Source: Ornithinimicrobium murale
GTDB taxonomy: Bacteria; Actinomycetota; Actinomycetes; Actinomycetales; Dermatophilaceae
Assembly (NCBI RefSeq): GCF_003352835.1
Contig: NZ_QLVD01000032.1
Span: forward strand, 123,886-155,885
Length of the DNA stretch: 32,000 nt
Direction of reading: 5' to 3'
Both the position numbers and the translations under genes were made by a program. Numbering within the stretch: position 1 is the stretch's first letter; the number at the start of each line of letters is the position of its first letter. The notes below the pieces were generated by a model. The model was given only the letters and a program-made list of their open reading frames with translations. It did not search any database and was not told where the DNA came from. This document shows, piece after piece, positions 26,200-32,000 of this stretch.

Positions 26200-26392
26200 G
26201 GTGTCGTGCAGAGGCGGTCAGGGGTGCCCGGTGTTGCACGTCGGTGCCCGGTGTTGCACGTCGGTGCCCCCGTGGGGCCGGGGTGGTCGTGCAGAGGCGG
26301 TCACGGGTGCCCGGTGTTGCACGACGGTGCCCCCGTGGGGCCGGGGTGGTCGTGCAGAGGCGGTCAGGGGTGCCCGGTGTTGCACGACGGTG
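26200..26392 (+). repeat. Right array: three copies (63-bp period) of the same 44-bp core, plus a 20-bp internal duplication
   Basis: Core copies lie at 26203-26246, 26286-26329 and 26349-26392, with a partial duplicate CCCGGTGTTGCACGTCGGTG at 26247-26266. The linker is CCCCCGTGGGGCCGGGGTG. Orientation matches the left array. It fills the gap between the convergent DUF559 and SRPBCC genes. Confidence 0.92.
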
Positions 26393-26402
26393 TTGTACAT
26401 CT

Positions 26403-26873
26403 CTAGGTCTCGCGGGCGGCGGCCGACGCGATGTCGGTGAGGTCCTGCTCCAACGCCTTGCGGGTGGCCCTGGCCGCCAACGGACCGAAGAGTCTCATCG
26501 CGACCTTCGTCACCGCCGAGGGACTGGTGAGCTCGGCGCCGAACCGGACGGACAGCTCGGCCCGACCGCCGTCGCCCAGCGGGGTGAGCGTGAACTCCGT
26601 GACATAGCTTGCGCCGCCGGACTCGGCGCGGACCTCGGTGTGTCGCAACGGGTCACACTCAGCAACCCACATCTCCTCCGTGGCCGACCGACCGAACATG
26701 GTGCGGGTCTCCCGCCACCGGGTCCCCACGGCATACGGCCCGTCGGTCATCAGCTGCACGGAGGTGACGCCGCTGAGGGTCTCCGCGGCGCGCTCCAGGT
26801 CGGTCAGCACCTGCCACACCCGTTCGGGCGAGGCCTCGATGACGCGGCTGAGCGTGATCTCGTTCATGGTCAC
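26403..26873 (-). CDS. SRPBCC (START/Bet v1-like, polyketide cyclase/dehydrase-type) family protein
   Basis: ITLSRVIEASPERVWQVLTDLERAAE…VGTRWRETRTMFGRSATEEMWV is typical of SRPBCC. The start is GTG 26873 (overlapping the upstream stop) or ATG 26867. Confidence 0.8.
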   Translation of the reverse strand: MTMNEITLSRVIEASPERVWQVLTDLERAAETLSGVTSVQLMTDGPYAVGTRWRETRTMFGRSATEEMWVAECDPLRHTEVRAESGGASYVTEFTLTPLGDGGRAELSVRFGAELTSPSAVTKVAMRLFGPLAARATRKALEQDLTDIASAAARET

Positions 26874-27397
26874 TCGGTGGCCGTTGCTGAGTCGTCTGCC
26901 GGCGCGGACTCGAGCTCCACGAAGTCCGTGCCGATGTAGAGATCGATCTCCGCGATCTCGCGGGTGTCGGCGACCAGCACCGCATCGGGGATGAGCGTGC
27001 CCAGCAGCTGGGCGGCCTCCTCGCCCTCCGGCCCGTGGTGGATCTCGGCGACCTGTGGCGTCTCGGTGCCCTGGGGTGCGTTGTCCACCGCATCGATGGA
27101 GTAGCCGTGGCTGGCCAGGGCCTCACTGGTGCGACCGGCGATGCCCACTGCGCCCGAAGCGTTGTAGACGTTGACGGTCACATCCTCCGGCTGGAGCGCC
27201 GGGGCCGTGGCGGTGGCGGTGACCTGGTCCTGGTCGCTGCTCCCGCCGTCGCCCCCGGGCAGCCAGCCCTGGAAGTAGGCCAGGGCGTAGAGCCCGATGG
27301 CAGCCAGCAGGGTGACCAGTGCGGTCAGCACCAGGGCGGCGCGGCGGCGGCGACGGCGAGCGGCAGTCGACATACCGGCAGTGCGGACATATCCCAC
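26870..27397 (-). CDS. LytR_C (LytR cell-envelope-related C-terminal) domain membrane protein
   Basis: An Arg-rich N terminus is followed by one TM helix (ALVLTALVTLLAAIGLYALAYF). Then comes VNVYNASGAVGIAGRTSEALASHGYSI…, typical of LytR_C. GTG start at 27397, 7 nt after AAGGAG. Confidence 0.75.
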   Translation of the reverse strand: MGYVRTAGMSTAARRRRRRAALVLTALVTLLAAIGLYALAYFQGWLPGGDGGSSDQDQVTATATAPALQPEDVTVNVYNASGAVGIAGRTSEALASHGYSIDAVDNAPQGTETPQVAEIHHGPEGEEAAQLLGTLIPDAVLVADTREIAEIDLYIGTDFVELESAPADDSATATE

Positions 27398-27429
27398 GGG
27401 AGAACTCCTTGTGATCCGGTGAGCGAACG

Positions 27430-27732
27430 CTACCGAGCGTCCGGTGCGGTGACCACGAGGACACGCCCGTGCACGAAGGGCCGGCCGCCCAGGGCGGCCC
27501 GCAGTGCGCGGTGCAGACCGTCCTCGAGATAGAGCTGGTCGCGATACTCCACCACATGGCAGAAGATGTCGCCGTAGAAGGTGGAGTCGGCCGCCAGCAG
27601 GTGCTGCAGGTCCAGGGTCGCCTTCGTGGTGATCAGCTCATCGAGTCGGATCATGCGTGGCGGCAGGTGTGACCAGTCCTCCAGGTGGTGGGGAGGGTAG
27701 GGCTGCCCGTCACCCACTCCCTTGAAGATCAT
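27430..27732 (-). CDS. Conserved actinobacterial hypothetical protein (100 aa)
   Basis: MIFKGVGDGQPYPPHHLEDWSHLPPRMIRLDELITTKATLDLQHLLAADSTFYGDIFCHVVEYRDQLYLEDGLHRALRAAL. From memory this closely resembles a small protein conserved across Actinomycetota, including mycobacteria. Its function is unknown to me. Confidence 0.7.
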   Translation of the reverse strand: MIFKGVGDGQPYPPHHLEDWSHLPPRMIRLDELITTKATLDLQHLLAADSTFYGDIFCHVVEYRDQLYLEDGLHRALRAALGGRPFVHGRVLVVTAPDAR

Positions 27733-27812
27733 GTGGCCAGTGTAGGAGCCCGGGCACGCAGGCCGTCATGCGCAGGGCCAAAGCGGCACTGGAGACCTGC
27801 GACCATGGGTCG

Positions 27813-28469
27813 ATGAGCCTGCCGACCCCTGACGCTCCGCATGCCACGATCCGGCGACTCGCGCAGGACTGCGCGGTCGTCGTCTTCGACCTCGATGGTG
27901 TCGTGCGCGAGTTCGCGCCGAGCAACTCGGCGTCGGTCGCGGCCGGCCTGGGGATGAGCCCCCAGGAGTTTCTCGACCTGGCACTCGCCCCCGAGCTGCT
28001 ACGTCCCGTCGTCACCGGTCGGACCACCTTCAGGCAGTGGTGCGACCAGATCGCGTCCGCCCTGGTGGAGCGGGGGGCGCGATCTGACCTGGCACGGGAA
28101 TCGGTGCAGCACTGGATCGCAGATCGCGGTGCCCCAGTCGCCGAGACGGTGGAGCTGATGGCTGAGCTTGAGAAGGACGGGCGGCAGGTCTTCCTGTTCA
28201 CGAACGGCACCGACAACATCCCCACGGAACTGCCCCAGATCGGCCTCGGGCACCTGGTCGACGTGGCCCTGAACAGCGCCGTGTTCGGGGTGGCCAAGCC
28301 GGACCAGGAGGCGTATGCCGCGGCGCACGCCGCCATCGAGGTGCACCTGGGGAGGTCGGTGGCCCGGGAGCAGGTGCTGTTCACCGACGACCTGGCCGTG
28401 AACGTCACCGCCGCCCGGAAGTTCGGCTGGCAGGCCGTGCACTTCACGGTGGGGCCGACCGGCGGCTGA
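27813..28469 (+). CDS. HAD-superfamily hydrolase
   Basis: Motif I VVFDLDGVV, motif II FTNGT, and the motif III/IV region VAKPDQEAY…LFTDDLAVNV. The start is ATG 27813 (MSLPTP…) or the tracked 27768. Confidence 0.82.
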   Translation: MSLPTPDAPHATIRRLAQDCAVVVFDLDGVVREFAPSNSASVAAGLGMSPQEFLDLALAPELLRPVVTGRTTFRQWCDQIASALVERGARSDLARESVQHWIADRGAPVAETVELMAELEKDGRQVFLFTNGTDNIPTELPQIGLGHLVDVALNSAVFGVAKPDQEAYAAAHAAIEVHLGRSVAREQVLFTDDLAVNVTAARKFGWQAVHFTVGPTGG

Positions 28470-28477
28470 CCGCCCTC

Positions 28478-30100
28478 TCAGTCCTCAGGAACGGACGGCG
28501 GGCGGTCCAGGTCCTCGTCGAGGACCTGCAGCAGCTCACCGAGGCCGTCGCCGCCGTCGGGGGCGAGGGATCGCGCCTCCTCCTGCAGGTCAGCGAGCGT
28601 GAAGCCCCGGTCGGCCACGATGCGGTTGCCCTTGAGCAGCTCGGCCGAGTCGGCCACCAGGGCTGCCCGGCGGAGGGAGTCGGAGGGGTTGTCCAGGGAC
28701 CAGGTGATCGGAGCGTTGACCTCAGTGGTCTGGCCCGTCTCCGGGTCGGCCCAGCGAAGCCTGGCCTCGCCGACCTCCGTGCCGTCGGTGACGGCCTCGG
28801 TCGGCACCAGCTCATAGAGCGCGGAGACCCGATGGCCCGCACCGAGCTCGCCGGCGTCCACGGTGTCGTCGCGGAACTCCTCGTCTTCCAGCGCCCGGTT
28901 CTGGTAGCCGACCAGCCGGTAGGACTCGACGAACTCGGGGTCGAACTCGACCTGGCTCTTGGCATCCCGTGCCACGACCGTCAGGGTCTGGGTCAGGTCC
29001 TCCACGAAGAGCTGCTCGGCCTCCTCGAAGGTGTCGAGGTAGGCATAGAAGCCGTCGCCCTGGTTGGCCAGCTGCTCCATGAGCGTGTCGTTGTAGTTGC
29101 CCATCCCGTAGCCGACGGTGACCAGATGGATGCCCTCCTCGCCGGCCCCGGCGATCTCCGCGGCCAGGGCACTGCCGTCGGTCGTGCCGACATTGGCCAC
29201 CCCGTCGGAGGCCAGCACCACCACGTTGACGCCGTCCTCGACATGGGCCTCGCGGGTCTGCTCATAGCCCATCAGCAGGCCGGCCTCCATGTTGGTGGAG
29301 CCACCGCTGCGCAGGTCGTCGATGGCCTGGATGATCGTGTCGCGATCGGCCACCGGCGTGGGCTCCAGCACCGGCTCGGCGTCGTCGCCGTAGGTGACGA
29401 TGGCGATGGTGTCGTCCTCGTTCAGGCTCTGCACCAACAGGGCGAGCGAGGCCTGCACCAGGCCGAGCCGCTCCCGGATGTCCATCGACCCTGAGGTGTC
29501 GATCACGAAGGTGATGTTGGCTGGTGGGCGGTCCTCGTCCGCCACCTCGGCCGCGCTGATCCCGAGGCGCACCAGGGCCGTTCCCTCCTCGGCCCGGGGC
29601 GCTGACCCGGTCTCCACGTGCAGACCGAGCGCGGCCTGCTCAGGCGAGCTGTCGGCATACTCGAAGGCATTGACCCACTCCTCGACCCGGATGGAGTCCG
29701 GTGCGGGAGCCAGCCCCTCGGCGGCCAGGCCCTGCGCGACCCGATAGGAGCCCGTGTCCACGTCCAGGCCGAAGGTCGACTGCGGATGCTCCTGTGCCGC
29801 AACCCATCTGGTGTCGCCGACGTCAGTGAACTCGTTGTCCTCGCCCGGACCCGGAGGTGGCACCGGAGGCACTGGCATCGGCTCGGGAGCGGCCACGTCT
29901 GCTGCCCCCTCGCTCGCCGCCACCGCGCCGGGTGCGGCCCCGTCCCTGGCTGTCTCGTAGTCCTCGACGTAGCGGCGCGCCTCCTCGTGGTCCGAGGTGA
30001 TGGGCGTGGTCTCATCGGGCCCGTCCGGCTCGGGGCCCCCCGAGCATGCCGTGGCACCGAGCCCCACCACCAGCAGCACTGCGAGCATCTTCTTGTTCAT
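28478..30100 (-). CDS. von Willebrand factor type A (vWA) domain lipoprotein, YfbK-like architecture
   Basis: Signal/lipobox-like MNKKMLAVLLVVGLGATAC. The N-terminal region …STFGLDVDTGSYRVAQGL…IRVEEWVNAFEY is present, followed by the MIDAS motif FVIDTSGSM. A C-terminal extension matches vWA/DUF3520-type proteins. Confidence 0.85.
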   Translation of the reverse strand: MNKKMLAVLLVVGLGATACSGGPEPDGPDETTPITSDHEEARRYVEDYETARDGAAPGAVAASEGAADVAAPEPMPVPPVPPPGPGEDNEFTDVGDTRWVAAQEHPQSTFGLDVDTGSYRVAQGLAAEGLAPAPDSIRVEEWVNAFEYADSSPEQAALGLHVETGSAPRAEEGTALVRLGISAAEVADEDRPPANITFVIDTSGSMDIRERLGLVQASLALLVQSLNEDDTIAIVTYGDDAEPVLEPTPVADRDTIIQAIDDLRSGGSTNMEAGLLMGYEQTREAHVEDGVNVVVLASDGVANVGTTDGSALAAEIAGAGEEGIHLVTVGYGMGNYNDTLMEQLANQGDGFYAYLDTFEEAEQLFVEDLTQTLTVVARDAKSQVEFDPEFVESYRLVGYQNRALEDEEFRDDTVDAGELGAGHRVSALYELVPTEAVTDGTEVGEARLRWADPETGQTTEVNAPITWSLDNPSDSLRRAALVADSAELLKGNRIVADRGFTLADLQEEARSLAPDGGDGLGELLQVLDEDLDRPPSVPED

Positions 30101-30380
30101 GACCGTGCGACGGTGTTGACGCGCGCGTGGTTCCCCGGAGACGGAGACGGCCCCCCGCGCACCTGGAAGAGCTCACCTGCCCTTGCTGCATTCCTGCCCT
30201 GGGGGAGTTCAGTGAGGTACCACCGCACGGGGGACCGCCTCCATGATAAGCGTCCGGAGCGCGCCTGACGAAACCTGGCCCCGGACGGCGGCGCCGGCTG
30301 CGGTGCGACATCACCTGCGCGAGGCGACGGCCGAGCGGGCTCGCGGCCCGCACCCGGTCAGGTCTCGCCGGGCGGGGACC

Positions 30381-30411
30381 GGAAAACCCCCGGGCGCAGG
30401 GCCCGGGGGTT
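30381..30411 (-). terminator. Rho-independent terminator downstream of tRNA-Ser
   Basis: AACCCCCGGGC-(5 nt)-GCCCGGGGGTT is a perfect 11-bp stem. On the minus strand it is followed by TTTTCC. Confidence 0.65.
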
Positions 30412-30416
30412 CCGAG

Positions 30417-30504
30417 TGGCGGAGGATGGGGGATTTGAACCCCCGAGGGTTTTATCCCAACACGATTTCCAATCGTGCGCACTAGGCCACTATGCGAATC
30501 CTCC
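30417..30504 (-). tRNA. tRNA-Ser (anticodon GGA), CCA encoded
   Basis: The reverse complement reads GGAGGATTCGCATAGTGGCCTAGTGCGCACGATTGGAAATCGTGTTGGGATAAAACCCTCGGGGGTTCAAATCCCCCATCCTCCGCCA. It has a 7-bp acceptor stem and an anticodon stem CACGA/TCGTG with loop TTGGAAA. A long variable arm, a T-arm GGGGG-TTCAAAT-CCCCC, discriminator G and CCA complete the fold. Confidence 0.93.
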
Positions 30505-30586
30505 GTCGGAGAGGTTACCCGACAGCCTGCTGACCTCCGAAATCGCGGGGGCGGCCCGAGAGGTCTGCCTGCGCGCGGCGGACCAC

Positions 30587-31633
30587 TCAGGGGCGCAGCA
30601 TCACCTTGATGGCGGCGCGTTCGTCCATCGCGCGGTAGGCGTCGGCGACCTCGCTCAGCGGCCGCACGGAGTCGAAGACACGACCCGGGTTGATCTGGCC
30701 GTCCAGGACACGGGGCAGCAGATCGGCCAGGTAGCCGCGCACCGGCGCGACACCACCGGCCAGGCCCACATTGCGACCGAACATCTGACCCATCGGAGCC
30801 TCGGCGCCGTGCGGCACCCCGACGAAGCCGACCATGGCGCCGGGCCGGGCACTGGCGAAGGCCTGGTCCATCGACTCCTTGGTGCCGACGCACTCCAGCA
30901 CGGCGTCGGCGCCGACCCCGTCGGTCAGCTCCATGACCCGGGCCACGCCCTCGTCGCCGCGCTCGGCGACGACGTCGGTCGCCCCGAACTCACGGGCCAC
31001 CGCCTGCCGGTCCGCGTGCCGAGACATCGCGATCACCCGCTCGGCACCCTGCAACGAGGCGGACAGCACACCGCACAGGCCGACGGCACCGTCCCCGACC
31101 ACCACGACCGTGCTGCCCGGGCGCACGCGGGCGGAGACGGCCGCGTGCCAGCCGGTAGCCATCACGTCGGTGAGGGTCAGCAGCGAGGGCAGCAACGCCT
31201 CGTCGGGCTGCTCCGGTGTCGCGACCAGCGTGCCGTCCGCGAGCGGCACGCGCACGAACTCACCCTGGCAGCCGTCCACGAAGTCCCCGTTCCGGTCCGT
31301 GCCGCCGAACCCGCCGCCGTTGGCGCAGGCCGACTGCATGCCGGCCGTGCAGTGGGCGCAGGTGTTGTCCGACCAGAGGAACGGCGTGATGACGAAGTCG
31401 CCCGAGCGGATGGTGGTGACCTCGCTGCCGACCTCCTCGACCACGCCGATGAACTCGTGGCCGATGCGACGTGGCCTGGTCACCTTCGAGACCCCTCGGT
31501 AGGGCCACAGGTCGGACCCGCACACGCAGGTCGCCGAAACCTTGACGACGGCGTCGGTCGGCTGGAGGATCTGCGGGTCGGGCACCTGCTCGAGGCGGAT
31601 GTCTCCCGGGGCGTGCAGCACGGTGGCGTCCAT
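30587..31633 (-). CDS. Zinc-dependent alcohol dehydrogenase (MDR superfamily)
   Basis: MDATVLHAPGDIRLEQVPDP…CGSDLWPY…GHEFIGVVEEVG…VVVGDGAVGL. ATG at 31633. The tracked ORF from 31963 is an extension running into the divergent promoter and the arcA 5' end. Confidence 0.9.
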   Translation of the reverse strand: MDATVLHAPGDIRLEQVPDPQILQPTDAVVKVSATCVCGSDLWPYRGVSKVTRPRRIGHEFIGVVEEVGSEVTTIRSGDFVITPFLWSDNTCAHCTAGMQSACANGGGFGGTDRNGDFVDGCQGEFVRVPLADGTLVATPEQPDEALLPSLLTLTDVMATGWHAAVSARVRPGSTVVVVGDGAVGLCGVLSASLQGAERVIAMSRHADRQAVAREFGATDVVAERGDEGVARVMELTDGVGADAVLECVGTKESMDQAFASARPGAMVGFVGVPHGAEAPMGQMFGRNVGLAGGVAPVRGYLADLLPRVLDGQINPGRVFDSVRPLSEVADAYRAMDERAAIKVMLRP

Positions 31634-31813
31634 GGGCCCATTCTGTCGGTCCTCGAACGTATGCGGAGGGGCAGGGTTCCCCACCCAGGTCACCGCTCGC
31701 TCGGGCGAGGGTGCGGGGAGAGCCGCCTCACGGCATACTCGCGGGGTCTGTTTCTCGCCAGTGAGTGCGAGGATGGTCACTCCCGACGCACAGCAGCGAC
31801 GAAAGGATCCGCC

Positions 31814-32000
31814 ATGCCACTCCACGTTGGTTCGGAGGTGGGGAGGCTCCGGCAGGTGATCGTGCACCGTCCCAACCTGGAGATGCGCCGCCTGACCCCG
31901 GAGAACAAGGGGCGTTACCTGTTCGACGAGATCCTCTGGGTCGAGCGGGCCCAGGAGGAGCACGACGAGTTCGTCCGGGTGATGCTGGAGCGGGACGTCA
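31814..32000 (+). CDS. arcA: Arginine deiminase, N-terminal fragment (continues beyond the window)
   Basis: ATG at 31814 after GAAAGGA. The translation MPLHVGSEVGRLRQVIVHRPNLEMRRLTPENKGRYLFDEILWVERAQEEHDEFVRVMLERDV matches the conserved ArcA N terminus. It is absent from the ORF track because no stop falls within the window. Confidence 0.8.
   Translation, partial: MPLHVGSEVGRLRQVIVHRPNLEMRRLTPENKGRYLFDEILWVERAQEEHDEFVRVMLERDV

Noticed and set aside
24812-26392. Possible CRISPR array: regularly spaced repeats of about 44 bp.
   Set aside because: The sequence between the cores is itself repeated (identical linkers within each array), so there are no unique spacers. The two arrays are split by a protein-coding gene, and no cas genes occur in the window. 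It is a tandem or structured repeat, not a CRISPR array.
30101-30586. tRNA-Ser as an integration site for a genomic island.
   Set aside because: There is no integrase or recombinase gene nearby, and I could see no duplicated tRNA 3'-end segment (attL/attR). The flanking genes look like ordinary chromosomal genes.
30012-30893. 293-aa minus-strand ORF spanning the tRNA region.
   Set aside because: It runs straight through tRNA-Ser, its terminator and part of the alcohol dehydrogenase gene in a different frame. The translation is R/P/G-rich, so I treat it as an artefact.

Overview
High-GC (roughly 70%) Actinomycetota chromosomal window, densely coding, mostly ordinary metabolic and envelope genes. 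Calls rest on reading the supplied ORF translations and the DNA by eye; no searches were run.

**Layout**
- **1-12 kb:** an acyl-CoA (beta-oxidation or aldol-lyase-like) catabolic cluster. It holds a DUF35 protein plus SCP-x-type thiolase, TetR, a MaoC double-hotdog hydratase, an acyl-CoA dehydrogenase, a fused ADP-forming acyl-CoA synthetase, an MFS transporter, two SDRs, a thiolase and an alpha/beta hydrolase.
- **12-22.5 kb:** secreted S15 and M28 peptidases, a hemerythrin-like protein, an ECF sigma factor with a putative anti-sigma, a TetR/DoxX pair, a flavodoxin-like protein and an aldehyde dehydrogenase.
- **26.4-32 kb:** SRPBCC, LytR_C, HAD, a vWA lipoprotein, tRNA-Ser(GGA), a Zn-alcohol dehydrogenase and the 5' end of arginine deiminase.

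**Most interesting signals**
1. A well-matched cobalamin riboswitch (22.57-22.72 kb) drives a single secreted gene. That gene encodes a prenyltransferase/terpene-cyclase-repeat domain plus three CWB2 cell-wall-binding repeats. It is a candidate wall-anchored B12-capture protein.
2. A repeat-rich islet lies at 24.58-26.39 kb. A DUF559 endonuclease-fold gene is bracketed by same-orientation arrays of a 44-bp core. Its 8-bp arms alternate in orientation about every 32 bp. This is not a CRISPR array.
3. Five TCTAGA-core motifs sit at exact 13-bp phasing in the divergent MaoC/ACAD promoter region.

I see no canonical mobile element, CRISPR-Cas locus or recognisable defence system. Several very long ORFs in the track are antisense or alternative-frame shadows typical of high-GC DNA.
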